Of a DNA stretch of 64,000 nt, positions 13,840 to 28,734 are shown one piece after another. The translations under genes and the position numbers were made by a program. A model generated the notes under the pieces. The model searched no databases. It was not told the origin of the DNA and was given only the letters and a program-made list of their open reading frames with translations. This stretch comes from Lama guanicoe (lineage: Eukaryota), in the NCBI GenBank assembly GCA_013239625.1, contig MU053629.1, positions 3,065,567 through 3,129,566 on the forward strand, read 5' to 3'. Positions within the stretch are counted from its first letter, which is position 1. Each line of letters starts with the position of its first letter.

Positions 13840-14021
13840 TTTAATGTTCCATTAACTATCCAATAAAGTACGGATGAAGACAAAACAGAATCTAAAGACA
13901 TGGATTATAATCCCAGTCCTGACACTAACACATTGTTATACAGGTTCTGGTTTTTTTCTTTAATCTTACTGGTCCCATAATACATTTATATATTAAATAT
14001 TCCATGAAAAACTATACTTAC

Positions 14022-14091
14022 CAGCTTTGTAAGATATAGTGTTAGTCTTTGCCACTGATTTTTTATAACATAGGTACACTGCTGATCCCCA
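14022..14091 (-). CDS. DENND4A: DENND4A coding exon 3 (70 nt)
   Basis: [23 protein letters not shown]; ttaattcag acceptor, G|gtaagt donor; not in ORF track, found by reading. Confidence 0.95.
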
Positions 14092-14539
14092 CTGAATTAA
14101 AAAAAAAAGGAAATATCACTTAATTTTAAAAGGTAGTAACTTAATAAAATGGAATCTCTTTGATCTCTCCAGCATGCATTATCTCAATGTAGTGACAGAG
14201 TTCTATTTTCAACTGGTTATCTTGTTAGCATTTCAGTGGAGTTACTGCCCTCTTTTCTTTCAGAAGTAAAATATATTTTCCCCTGCAACAGCAATAACAT
14301 GAGGAAAATCGGAGCCTTTCAAACAAAAGAAAGTCATAACAATTTAGATTTGATTCTAAGTCCAAATTTTTGGCAGAAATGATAAACATAAGAAATATCT
14401 ACTCACGTGGATTCCGTAACATCTTTCAGATATTGCCAGGTTTTTCTGCAGTTTTTTATACCCAAATTCAAGAGTTGTAATTTGTCATATCCATTTCCTT
14501 ACTTCCTATTGTCATGAATTCATTACAAGCCACCTTAAT

Positions 14540-15500
<961 letters not shown>

Positions 15501-16287
15501 GGAATAAATGTGACAGGATGTGTTTGTGCACACGTGAAAGAGAGTGCCTGCAAGGACCAGTATACGAGGACAGATTCATTTACTGAGAATAATATGTAAA
15601 GAAAATAAACTTACCTTAAGAAATATTTTTTAAATAGTAAGAGACTACCAGAACAAACACCCATTTACTCACCACCTAGATTTAACAAATGTGGCTCCAG
15701 AAGAAGAGAGAAGGAGAAAGGAAAGCCGGAGTGGAGGAGCTCCATGATTCTTCTCCAAGGTATTTCTAAATGGGCTTAGGAGATTAGCTTCATTTCCAGA
15801 ATATTTCTACAGTGATTCAGGACCCACATCCCAGGGATGGCAACCCACAAATAAGAGCAATATTACAATCATATAGGTCTTCCCCAAGGAGTCCAAGGCC
15901 CACACTGGGTTCCCCAGCCTGAGGACCCTGCATTAGGAGGATAAGCCCCCAGAACTTAGGGTTTGAAAATAGAAATAAACACAGGGAACTGTATGAAACA
16001 GTAAGACAGAGGACTATGTTCCTAATGGAAGAATAAGACATAACTTCAGAAGAAACAAATTCCTTATTGGACAGATTCCTTAACATAATGATCATAAAGA
16101 TGTTAAAAAGAACTAGATTTAACAAATGTTAACAATTTCCCATATTTGCTTCAGATATTTTAATGCATAAAGAAACAAAAAATTACAGATTTAGCTAAAG
16201 GCTTATCTTCCCATCCCTTTCAGTCCTCTGGGGTTTACTTCTGGCCTAAAGCTAGTGCATTTCATTTAAATGCACTTAAAATTTTTC

Positions 16288-16290
<3 letters not shown>

Positions 16291-16333
<43 letters not shown>

Positions 16334-16334
16334 A
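16291..16334. repeat. (TA)n(TG)n microsatellite
   Basis: Directly visible. Confidence 0.95.
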
Positions 16335-18329
16335 TCATTGTTTTATATGCTTTATAATTTTACACAAATGGTGATGTACTAAATATATGCTTTTATGGCT
16401 TGTTTTTTCACTCATCAATATGTTTTTGAGAATGAGTTAAGCTGATACAGATCTACTTGCTTCATCTGAACTTCTGGATAGTATTCTATTCATGAATGAA
16501 ACAGAGTTTATTTTATCCATTCCCCTACTAAGGGACACTTAGGTTGTTTCCTTTTGTGGGGTGAGGTGGGGATTATTATAAACAACAATGCAATAAGATG
16601 ACCCCTCATCTAGAAATTTTCCACTTTATTAAACATTTTTAATGTGTCTCCAGCAGATTAGTTATGTTAACTCATGCTTAGGACATTAAATCATGCTCAT
16701 GGCTGTGCTGGGATTCTGTTTTTAATAAATGTTTTAATATTTTTGCATCAAAAGAATAGATGTATAAAATTCAAATGGAAATTATGAATGTAGGCAAACT
16801 GGACTTTTAGTTTATCTGGCGGGTAAAAAATTTATAAAGGACCCTCTACTGCGAAGTCCCAACTCTAGTTTCCAACAAGCCACATCTGTAAAGCTAACAA
16901 AAATCTTCAATAACCTCTGTGATGATAAAAAGGGAACTATATCTAACCATGTGGATATGGTAGAAACTGAAAGCAATATTTTAAAATAAAAAACAAGGAC
17001 TTAGAGATAAAGTAAAAGTTATGAGGCTCTATGAGGAAAAGGGCCATGGATATTCAAACTACAGGAGGGTTTTCTAAATTTTTTCATATACAAAGGTTCA
17101 GCAAAAAACAAAGTAGGAAGAACTGCTGTTCTAAAAATGCTTTAAATGTTTAACCATAATATATCCATATTGTGGTGTACCATGGCAAAAACATACTCTC
17201 AGATGCCCTTTCTTCTGGAATTAGGTACATGATTGACCTACCTTCTTTGTTAGTAATTTCACTTTTCTAAATGAACCTGCTAAATCAAACACTGACATTC
17301 TTGAAAGGTTGTAAAACAAGAGCCATCTGTATAGAATATTTTTTAAAATACGCTCAATGAGTTAAAAACTGAGGAGGGAGTCCCAAGTTAGCCAAAAATT
17401 TGCTATGTGAATCAAAGCACCTGGACTAAAGATCCTTAACTATGAGTTTTTGCAGTTTGGGACCACATGACCACTCTTAAGTTCTCTTCCAACTCTGAAA
17501 CATTACTATTCTACTCTAATCAATTAAAGTTCAAATCAGTCAAGGCTTACGGTCCAAAGTTTAAAAACTATTTCCATAAGCTTTTAATGGGAGGCAGAGA
17601 AGTGGGGGAGATTTTTTTTTTTGAGGCCAAAGCTTTAAGCTTGATATAAAAATCACATGGGAACTTGGGGAAAGATTCAACACACATTTCCTCATGTCTA
17701 TTAGACTGCTGTGTTTTTTTTTCTCCTGGTTTAGAAAACTAGTAAGTAGATGCTTTGATTCAAGCTACCTAATCTCCCACAACAAGAATAAGCTATAATA
17801 ACTATACTAACTTTATTCCTAACCACTTCCTGATTCTTCATATATATTAGACAGATATGAAAACAAGTTTCCTACATTGCATGTCTATTTTACTTTTTCT
17901 GAAAGAGTTAGAAGGCACTGTACAACTACTCCAAAGATCAAAATTTGCTTTTACTACCTTATAATCAATGGAAACAAAGACTGTTAGCAGATATAAACCA
18001 CAACTCATTGCTTAAAAAAACAGACATCTACCACTGATACTAGATTTAAGAATAGGAAAATAAACATTTAAGAGGGTTTTATTCCTGAAATGCTTCTTAA
18101 AAGAACCTGAGAAACACGAGGGCAAAAAAAGAAAAAAGAAAAAAGAAAAAAGCTCTTCCTTGCTGTAAGTCAGTTATACCTTAGTAAAACTGAAAGAAGG
18201 AGAAAGAAAGAAAGAAGGAGAAAGAAAGAAAGAAAGAGAGGGAGGGAGGGAGGGAGGAAGAAAAGCTCTTCCTCAGTCATTAAATACACACAAATGGGAC
18301 CAATTAAGCAGAGTTAACTAAAGGAGTAA

Positions 18330-18575
18330 TTAATAATAACTAATATTTACAATAGCACTTACTATGTGCCAGGCACTATCCTAAGTTCTTTATAAACAGT
18401 AATTCATTTAATCCTCACAAAAAGCCTGTGAAATAAAATACTACTTTATCCCTGTTTCATGAATGAAGAAACTGAGGCACCAAGAATCTAACAACTTATC
18501 CAAGACATGCGTCTGGAATTCAAATCCACCCCTTTAGCTACAGTCCATTCTGTTCACACCATGTTACACTGCCTC
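18330..18575. mobile_element. MIR SINE
   Basis: AGCACTTACTATGTGCCAGGCACT...GAAGAAACTGAGGCAC core. Confidence 0.8.
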
Positions 18576-19249
18576 TTTATTCCTTCTGCAGAGAATTAAT
18601 GTTTTCTAACACACTGGAACCAGTATGTCAGGGTAAGGAAAAACAGAAACTTGTGTCTCTGGTTTTGGTTTCAAAGCAACAAGTCTACCTTGAACACTTC
18701 GATTAACTAGTAAGACCTAGAAATGGTTCTAATGACATTGTCAATTTACTTTGAATCCAAAACCAACAAATCTACAAAATAAATGGAAAATTCACCAATG
18801 GGAAAACCACAAGCATCTATGAGCCTGAACAGCCTTGCTAAAATACCAAACCAGATCTGAAATAAGGGTAAGCTGGACATCACATTATGGAAGGGTTCAA
18901 AAACCCTTTTTGCTATCACTATCAGTACCACCTAAGACCTGTAAAACTTATTTGCTCCCATGATCTTCTTCCTGTACCATAATCTCACCACTGTCACATG
19001 TCATCACCAAACCGAAACTCAAGGATGGCATGAAAGAATAGGGCATTTTGTATATGAGTGACCATTGACAAGAAATGGTCATCTCAGGGGTCAACGGCTG
19101 CAAATAATTCCTTTAGGATATATAACTGAGATATTGTCAATATGAATTTTTTGGATGACCTATTCAAACATTTTAAACAAACACTGCTACTACCTTAAAA
19201 TTGCAAATTTTTCTGCCAGAAAATTTGGAATTGAAAGATACTTATAGAT

Positions 19250-19490
19250 AACAAGCTAACACATACATAGTGCTTTCTTATCTGTACTGAGACATGATTC
19301 TAAATTCATTAATCATCATAATAACTTGTAAGGTAGATGCTATTATCACTCTCATTGTACAACTGTGAAACTGAGGCACAGAGAGGTTAATTTACTTGCC
19401 CAAGATCACACAGCCAGTAAGTGTCTGAGATGGGATTCACATCCAGACACTCTGGCTCCAGATTCTGTGCTCTGAACCATTCAGCTATCC
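19250..19490. mobile_element. MIR SINE
   Basis: GAAACTGAGGCACAGAGAGGTTAATTTACTTGCCCAAGATCACACAGC core. Confidence 0.85.
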
Positions 19491-19984
19491 TAATCTTAAC
19501 CATTACACAACACAGATCTATTTCACTATCTTATTGAGGGGGTTTCCCAAATATTTTCAGGTTCCCCAAATTTGCATTTTATCCAGTCACAATTCCATAT
19601 ACTCCAGTTCTTTATCCTGTAGCTTTATCTAAAGCTTCAGTATTTCTCATGTTGCTAGCTTAAGAGAAGATAAATAGTTTTAAAAACTTACCATGAAAAT
19701 TTAATAAATGATGAGATGCGTGTAAAACTTTTTAGATTTTAGCAAAGTGTTAATTTACATAGTTATAATAGGAAAAAACTGTACATATCTGCCCTAGGAT
19801 CATTAAGAAATTAAATTTGAAATTTTGCGATGTGTCAACCCAATTGTTGACAAAATCATACTTAAAAAAAAATCAATGCTTTCATATTTTGTTGATTAAA
19901 CTTTTCTGGATAAAGTTTTTAAAACATACGCTCTGATCCAGAAATTCTAGGACATATCATAAGGAAATAGTTTAGCAATGCAGA

Positions 19985-20215
19985 ACAGTGTTTGGAAGTT
20001 TGATTCTGGAGTAATACAGTCTGACTTTGAATCTTGGTTCAACTGTTTATCAAAGGTATGACCTTGGGCAAATAATAATCTTTTTAACTCTCAAATTTCC
20101 TTCTCTGTAAAATGAGGAAAAACATCACTCAGGGTGGTTGTGAGGATTAACTGATTTAACGGATGTGAAACACTCAGAACAGTAATATAGCACATAAGGG
20201 CTCAATAAACACAAC
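19985..20215. mobile_element. MIR SINE
   Basis: TGACCTTGGGCAA...TTTCCTTCTCTGTAAAATGAGG core. Confidence 0.75.
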
Positions 20216-20239
20216 TTATTTTAGTGAAGATGTAGTTGT

Positions 20240-20960
20240 AACTATGTTCACAACAGCTTTGCTTGTAATATAAAAAAATTAGAATCTAAATGTCTTACAA
20301 CAGAGGATGGAATAAATTGTGTCACATCCTTAATGCAGTAATATTCAGCCATTCAAAGCTGTTATATATGTTAAGATGCTAAACCTCCACAGTAATCAAA
20401 GAAATGCAAATTAAAATTAGAATGATTACTTCTTACTATACAGTTAGTAACTAAAAAAAAGGGACTGATAATCACCAGTTTTGGTGAGGTATGGGACCTG
20501 GGAAAGGCATTCTTATACAGTACAGCTGCAGGGAGTATAAACTGTCACAACTTTTTCCAAGTTGGCAGCAATATATCAACACTTTTCAAAATGTAAGGTA
20601 CACCATACTCATCAATTCTACTTGCAATTATTTATTCTTCCAGAAACACTCCAATAAATATACAAAGAAAAAGGCACAAGATTGATTAAAGTAGCATTAC
20701 TTAGTAATGGGAAAAACTGGAAGTAACTTGTATTCATCATTCTTCATTTGTACTTTCTGGAATACCATACAATCATCAAAAGAATCAAGTAAAGAGTTAT
20801 ATTAATTGATAAAGATGGATAGTGGAAAAAGTTTCTATCAGAATATATTAAAATATCCAACTTTTGAAAAACAAAACATGAATTTATCCATATCATACAT
20901 ACTCCACATATGTGCACACACAAGAGTCTGGAAAGACACGAGCCAAATTGTTCATTGTTC
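20240..20960 (+). mobile_element. Ancient L1ME-like fragments
   Basis: GTAATCAAAGAAATGCAAATTAAAA and related degenerate ORF2-end motifs. Confidence 0.6.
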
Positions 20961-21129
20961 ATCCTGGCAAAGGATCACAAAAGATGGGAGCAGGAACAAG
21001 AACTTTCACAATGTACATCACAGATCTCCAATTTGCTCCCCCTCTTTTTTTTTTTTTTTGAGTACACATTTCTTTCAAAAATTTAAAACAGCAATAAAAG
21101 AACAAAGATAAATATAATTATAGATCATG

Positions 21130-22380
21130 CACAGCCTTAGGCTATTGGAAGACTTTGGCTTTTACTAAGAGCTAGACAGGAAGCCATTAAAGGTTGTAAG
21201 CAGAGGAGTGATTGATCTAATTTATGTTTTAACAGGATCCCTCCTGCTGCTATGTGAAGAACAGGTTGTAGGAGGCAGAAGTGGAAGTAATGATCAGTTA
21301 GACCAGGGGTTTGGCAAACTATGGCCTACATCTGACCTGAGGCCTGTTTTTGTAGAACTGAGTTAAGACCTGTTTTTACATTTTTAAAGAGCTGTTTTTT
21401 AAACAAAGAAGAATATTCAACAGAGACTGTATATGACCTGTAAAACCTAACTTACTATTTAGCCCTTTATACAAAAGTTTGCCTAACTCCTGAAATACAA
21501 GGCCATTGCAATAATCCCATTGAGAGATGATTATGGTGTAGACCAGAGTTGTAGCAAGCGGAGAAGTTGAGAAGAACTCAAGTTCAAAATACATTTTGAA
21601 ATTAAAGTCAACAGAATTTACAGAAGAACTGGATGAGAAGCAGAAGATAAAGGTTAAGGATTACTCCAAGGGTTTTTAGTCTGAGTAACTAGAAAAGTGG
21701 AATTTCCTCTTATTAGATGAGGAAGACTATGAGGATAAGCAGGTTTGGAGCAAGACATCAGGAGTTCAGTTTGGGGCATGTTAAATTTGACATGACCTAT
21801 TTGATAAGATATCCAAGAAGAGATAATGAATTAGAAAGATCCAGGCTACACACATAAATTTAGAAGTCATCCACGTATAGCCTGCATTAAGTGATTAGAT
21901 CATTGACAAAGTGAGTTTAGATTACGAAGATAAATAGTCTGAGGACTGAATCGGGGGCACTTCATTGTGTAGAGGTTAGGGAATTGGGAAGGAATTAGCA
22001 AAGGCAGAGAGGGAAGGACTAGTGAGGTAGGAGGAAAAAGCAAGAGAGTATAGAGCAGAGACACTGTGTCTTCTCTTCCTGCCACTATTTCAAGAAGGAA
22101 CAAGTGATCACTGGTATATAAATCCACCGAAAAATTAAGATGAAGGACTGATCACTGGGTTCAACAAGAGCGATCCTGATGGAATGACAAAGACAAAAGT
22201 TAACTGGAAGGAGTCAAAGTGAGGAAGGTGTCAGAACGTCTTCTCAGACGTTTTACTGTAAAGAACAATCTAGTGGGTGAATGGATGGATATAAGGATCA
22301 AGAAGTTCTGTAAAGAAGGGAGGTACTGCAACATGCTTTGCATGCTGGAGGAAATAATCCATGAGACAGAGAAAAACTGA
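21130..22380. mobile_element. L2 fragment
   Basis: Purine-rich L2 motifs (GGAGTTCAGTTTGGGGCATGTTAAATTTGA). Confidence 0.7.
21304..21492 (+). mobile_element. hAT-Charlie MITE (MER58-like) inserted in L2
   Basis: Terminal inverted repeats CAGGGGTTTGGCAAACT / AGTTTGCCTAACTCCTG. Confidence 0.75.
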
Positions 22381-22405
22381 AGATTCACAATAAAGTAGGG
22401 AGAGT

Positions 22406-22508
22406 GGGGAGGGTATAGCTTCGTGGTAGAACACATGCCTAGCGTGCACAGACAGGGTCCTGGGTTCGATCCCCAGCATCTTCTTTCAAAAAAAATTAGT
22501 AAGTAAAT
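22406..22508 (+). mobile_element. tRNA-derived SINE (Vic-1-like)
   Basis: GGGGAGGGTATAGCT...GGGTTCGATCCCCAG, A-rich tail, TSD-like AAAGTAGG(G/A)AGA. Confidence 0.8.
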
Positions 22509-22836
22509 AAAGTAGGAAGAATTGTTGAAACCATGTCCTCAAATAGGTGAGTATATGAGTGTTAGTAGACATTTGGAGGGCTTAACCTCGGCTAGCGCAT
22601 TACTTTCGCAGTAAGGGGGGAAAATTATTTTTTTGCTTTAAAAAAAAAAAGAAAGCTTTCTGCACCGCTCCTTTTGAAAGTAAAACTAAATTACTTTTCT
22701 GAAAATAAAAAATTCAACATCTTCAAAACCATATTTTTTAATTCAGTAATTGTGCTGTGCTGTTTTCCAAAGATTTATTTTAAATTATGCTCTTTTCATC
22801 GGTGGCTAACTTTGTCAGTGCAAAAGAGTCACTTAC

Positions 22837-23086
22837 CATACTGTTATTGAGATTCTTGTCAACTTTGCAGAATGTGTGTGGTGGACTTTCTCCTTTACTG
22901 GGTATAATAATACATATGTCTGTAACAGCCAGCGTATTCTGAGTCATGTTTTCAGAGGCTCTTCGGTAAGTGATATAAATTCTTTGTGATGAGGTACTGC
23001 CACTAATATTTGCAGGGCGTCCATAGGGAGTACTCTGAATAATTTCACACCCTTGTTTCAGTCTTTCTTTCCAGTCATATAAAACC
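22837..23086 (-). CDS. DENND4A: DENND4A coding exon 2 (250 nt, MABP domain region)
   Basis: [16 protein letters not shown]...VDKNLNNSM; ttttttag acceptor, ATG|gtaagt donor; cumulative 561 nt, phase 0. Confidence 0.97.
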
Positions 23087-24262
23087 CTAAAAAATGAATT
23101 AAATAAATTAGTACACAACTACAAAGCACCCTCAAACATAAAAGGTAATATTGGCAGGTATCATAAACTGATTCTTAAATGTAGTAGATATTTCAATCTC
23201 ACTGGAAGTTTGAATTCCATAGGTCCATATAAAATTAAATAATAACTGTTGTCCCTACCAAAAATTAAAATAATGTAAGGAAAATTCAGATTAACCTATG
23301 TTTGTTGACATAAACCACAGAACAGCAATTCTATGCAAAGACACTTGTTTTAGTATTCCATTTAACAGACAGATGTCTGTCTGTCTGTCTGTCTCTAAAA
23401 TCAAGCATCATCTTTAGAAAAAGTAACTTTGTATTTTGACCAAGGTTAAAATTTTACAAAAGGCTCCTTAACATACAGTACAGAACCTGCCTGCATGCTT
23501 TTACCTCCAATACTTCCTTCAGGTTTAAGAGAGCATTTCAGGTTTTCAAAAAAGAAAATGACCTCAAATCTATCTTTAATCAAAAGTATAAGTGAAAGTT
23601 TTCCCCTTCTCCTTTATGGTAAAATCATAGGCTTTTAATAAAGGGCAGGCCAGGCTTCTATTCCTTAAAATTTCTAAATATTATTACGTAAAGTACTTGG
23701 AAACACAAAGAAAACATCGTGCTTGAATAATATTAGTTTATTTCTTCACAGAATTCACTAATTTGAACTTTAACGCTAAGTCCTTGGCATTAGTCAAAAA
23801 CAGATTTAAAGCCCTACTATATTAAATGTGTTTCTGCAATTTGCTATAAAAATTATTATAGCAGTAATGTCCCCCAAATCAATCTGTATTTATAAAATCC
23901 CATTATACAAATAAATTTAGTGCCAGAAATGGGTCAAATTATTTCTTTCTAATACAATTTTTAATTTCCCTTTTGTCCTGGTTGTCAGCAAACTTAAATT
24001 TTTTTTTCCTTTCAACATTTTATTGCGAAATTTGATGCTTAAGCATAGTAGCTATGTATATCCTAACATTAGCTTAATTGCTTATTCCTCCTTTTTAATC
24101 TTGTTTTTCTGTCTTGCCTTTTCTTAATCTTAAAAAAAGCATTGTAACAGAGAAGTTAGACACATCTAAATTCAAATTCCTACCACTTGTTTCCAGCTGT
24201 TTATCTTAGGCAGTTACTTAACTTCTCTGAGCCTTTGCTACTCAGCTATAAAATTTAAAATC

Positions 24263-27200
24263 TAACAGCTATATGGCAACAAACTGGACAACTTAGAAGA
24301 AAAGTCCATTTCTAGAAACATACAGTCCACCAAAGCTGAATCAAGAAGAAATAGATAATCTGAACAGAGCAATCACTAGAAGTGATACAGAACCAGCAAT
24401 AAAAAACCTCCCTGCAAGGAATAACTCTCCCAGACTTCAGACAATACTATAGAGCTACAGTCATCAAGACAGCATGGAATTGGTAGAAAAACAGACATAT
24501 GGGCCAATGGAACAGAATAGAGAGGCCAGAAATGAACCCACAAACTTTTGGTCAACTAATCTTTGACAAAGGAGGCAAGAATATACAATGGAATAAAGAC
24601 AGTCTCTTCAGCAAACGGTATTGGGAAAACTGGACAGCAGCATGTAAAGCTATGAATCTAGAACACTCCCTTACACCATACACAAAAATAAACTCAAAAT
24701 GGATCAAAGACTTAAACATAAGACAAGATACAATAAACCTCCTAGAAGAAAATATAGACAAAACATTATCTGACATACACCTCAAAAATATTCTCCTAAA
24801 ACAGTCTACTCAAGCAATAGAAATAAAAGCAAGAATAAACAAATGGGACTTAATGAAACTTACAAGCTTCTGCACAGAAAAGGAAATCATAAGTATAAGA
24901 AAAAGACAACCTACAGAATGGGAGAAAATTTTTGCAAATGAAACCAACAAAGGCTTGATTTCCAGAATATATAAGCAGCTCATAAGACTTAATAAGAAAA
25001 AAACAAGCAACGCAATTCAAAAATGGGCAGAAGACCTAAACAAGCAATTCTCCAAAGAAGACATACAAATGATCAAGAGGCACATGAAAAAATGTTCAAT
25101 ATCACTAATTATCAGAGAAATACAAATCAAAACTACAATGAGGTATCACCTCACACCAGTCAGAATGGCCATCATTCAAAAATCCACAAATGACAAATGC
25201 TGGAGAAGCTGGGGAGAAAAGGGAACCCTCCTACACTGGTGGGAATGCAGTTTGGTGCAGCCACTGTGGAAAACAGTATGGAGATTCCTCAAAAGACTAG
25301 GAATAGACTTACCATATGACCCAGGAATCCCGCTCCTGGGCATATATCCAGAAGGAACCCTACTTCAATGACACCTGCACCCCAATGTTCATAGCAGCAC
25401 TATTCACAATAGCCAAGACATGGAAACAGCTTAAATGTCCATCAACAGGTGACTGGATAAAGAAGATGTAGTATATTTATACAACGGAATACTATTCAGC
25501 CATAAAAACCAACAATATAACACCATTTGCAGCAACATGGATGCTCCTGGAGAATGTCATTCTAAGTGAAGTAAGCCAGAAAGAGGAAGAAAAATAACAT
25601 ATGAGATCGCTCATATGTGGAATCTAAAACAAAACAAAACAAAAAAACAAATAAAGCATAAGTACAAAACAGAGACAGACTCATAGACATAGAATACAAA
25701 CTTGTGGTTGCCAAGGGGCAGGGGGTGGGAAGGGATAGACTGAGATTTCAAAATTGTAGAATAGATAAACAAGAGTATACTGTATAGCACAGGGAAATAT
25801 ATAAAAGATCTTACGGTAGCTCACAGAGAAAAAAAAAGTGACAATGAATATTTATATGTTCATGTATAACTGAAAAATTGTGCTCTACACTGGAATTTGA
25901 CACAACATTGTAAAATGATTACAAATCAATGAAAAACATTAAAAAAAAAAAAAACCTCCCTGCAAACAAAAGTCCAGGACCAGATAGCTTCAATGGAGAA
26001 TTCCACCAAACATACAAAGAAGAATTATACCAATCCTACTCAAACTCTTCCAGAAGACTGAAGAGGAGGAAACACTCCCAAACTCATTCTATGAAGCCAC
26101 CATCACCCTGATACCAAAACCAGACAAAGACACTGGCAAAAAAGAAAATTACAGGCCAATATTGTTAATGAACATAGATGCAAAAATTCTCAACAAAATA
26201 TTATCACAGAATCCAACAGCACATAAAAAAGATTGTACATTATGATCAAGTTGGATTCATCCCAGGGACACAAGGAAGATTCAACATACGCAAATCAATC
26301 AATGTGATACAACACATCAACAAAAGGACATAAATCACATGATCATCTCAATAGATGCAGAAAAAGCATTTGATAAAACTCAACACCCATTTATGATAAA
26401 AACTCTTGCCAAAGTGGGCAAAGAGGAAACATATCTCAACACAATAAAAGCTATTTATGACAAACCCATAGCCAACAAATACTCAGCAGTGAAAAGTTAA
26501 AGCCTTCCCACTAAAATCTGAAATAAGACAAGGATGTCCACTCTCATGACTTCTATTCAACATAGTATTAAAAGTCCTAGCCATAGCAATCAGCCAAGAT
26601 AAAGAAATAAAAGGGATTCAAATTGGAAGAGAAGAGGTAAAATTATCACTATATGTGGATGACATTGATACTATATATAGAAAACCCTAAAGGCTCCACA
26701 GAAAAACAACTAAAGCTGATCAAAGAATTAGGCAAGGTAGCAGGATACAAGATTAACATACAGAAATCAGTTGCACGTCTTTATACTATCAATGAAGTAT
26801 CAGAAAAGGAAAGTAAAAAAAAATCTCTTTTAAAATCACATCAAAAAATAAAATAAAATACTTGGGAATAAACCTGACAAACGAGGTGAAAGACTTACAC
26901 ATGGAGAACTACAAAACATTAAGTAAATTAAAAATGATTTAAATAAATTGAAAGATATCCCATGCTCCTGGATTGGAAGAATTAATATTGTTAAAATGGC
27001 CATACTACTCAAAGCAATTAATCTACAGATTTAATGAGATCCCTATCAAATTACCCAGGATATTTTTCACAGAACTAGAACAAATAACCCTAAAATTTAT
27101 ATGGAATCACAAAAGACCCAGAATTGCCAAAGCAATACAGAAGAAAAAGGACGAAGCTGGAGGAATAACCCTCCCAGACTTCAGACAATACTACAGAGCT

Positions 27201-28734
27201 ACAGTAATAAAAACAGGATGGTACTGGCACAAAAATAGACAAATGGACCAATGGCACAGAATAGAGAGCCCAGAAATAAACCCACAAACCTAGAGTCAAT
27301 TAATATCTGACAAAGGAGGTAAGAATATACAATGGAGAAAAGACAAGTCTCTTCAGCAAGTGGTGTTGGGAAAGCTGGCCAGATGCATGTAAATCAATGA
27401 AGTCAGAACACTCCCTCACACCGTGCACAAAAATTAATTCAAAATGGCTTAAAGACTTAAACATAAGACAAAACACTATAAGCCTCCTAGAAGAAAACAT
27501 GCAAAACATTCTCTGACATAACCTTAACAATGTTCTCCTAGGGCAGTCTACCCAGGCAATAGAAATAAAAGCAAAAATAAACAAATGGGACCTAAATAAA
27601 TTGATAGGCTTTTGCATAGCAAAGGAAACTATAAACAAAACAAAAGGACACCCTACAGAAAGGGAAAAAGTATTTGCAAATGATGTGACTGACAAGGGCT
27701 TAATTTCCAGAATATATAAACAGCTCATACGACTTAATAACAGAAAACCCCAATTCAACCCAATCCAAAAATGGGCAGAAAACCTAAACAAGCAATTCTC
27801 CAATGAAGACATACAAATGGCCAATAGGCACATGAAAAAATGCTCAGTATTGCTATTTATCAGAGAAATGCAAATCAAAACTACAAAGAGGCACCATATC
27901 ACACTAGTCAGAATGGCCATCATTCAAAAGTCCACAAATGATATATGCTGGAGAGGATGTGGAGAAAAGGGAACCCTCCTACACTGCTGGTGGGAATGTA
28001 GTTTGGTGAAGCCTTTATGGAAAACAGTATGGAAATTCCTTAAAAAACTAAAAATAGACTTACCATATGATCCAGCAATCCCACTCCTAGGTATATATCT
28101 AGAAAGAACTCTAACTCAAAAAGATATGCACCCCATGTTCAAACAGCACTATTCACAATAGCCAAGACATGGAAGAAGCAACCTAAATGTCCATCAACAG
28201 ATGACTGGATAAAGAAGTTGTGGTGTATATATATATATACATATACATACATACATACACACATACACACAAGGGAATACTACTCAGCCATAAAAAGAAT
28301 AAAATAATGCCATTTACTGCAATATGAATGGACATGGAGATTGTCATTCTAAGTGAAGTAAGCCAGAAAGAAAAAGAAAAATACCACATGATAACACTTA
28401 TATGTGAAATCTGAAAAAAGACACCAATGAACATATTTACAAAACAGAAACAGACTCACAGACATAGAAAATAAACTTATGTTACCAGGTGGGGAAGGGG
28501 ATGGAAAGGGATAAACTGGAAGTTCAAGATTTGCAGATACTAACTACTATATATCAAAAAGATAAACAACAAGTTTATATTGTATAGCTCAGGAAAGTAT
28601 ATTCAATATCTTGTAGTAATCTATCATGAAAAAGAATATGAAAACAAATATATGCATGTATATGTACAACTGAAACATTATGCTATATGCCAGAAATTGA
28701 TACAACATTGTAAACTGACTATACTTCAATTTAA
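24263..28734 (+). mobile_element. Older 5'-truncated LINE-1 (degenerate ORF2 RT region to 3' UTR), interrupted by the younger L1
   Basis: L1 ORF2 peptides ([49 protein letters not shown]) with frameshifts; sequence continuous across the inner TSD. Confidence 0.93.
24418..25948 (+). mobile_element. Young 5'-truncated LINE-1 (ORF2 C-terminus + 3' UTR + polyA)
   Basis: 290-aa ORF 24499-25371 typical of L1 ORF2p C-terminus; polyA; perfect 17-bp TSD AAAAAACCTCCCTGCAA at 24401-24417 and 25949-25965. Confidence 0.95.

Noticed and set aside
24499..25371. 290-aa L1 ORF2 fragment as a functional or domesticated gene
   Set aside because: 5'-truncated, lacks endonuclease and RT domains, the C-terminal Cys motif is degraded ([17 protein letters not shown]) and it ends prematurely; the open frame reflects youth
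27300..27923. 207-aa minus-strand ORF
   Set aside because: Antisense reading of L1 ORF2, a common spurious ORF
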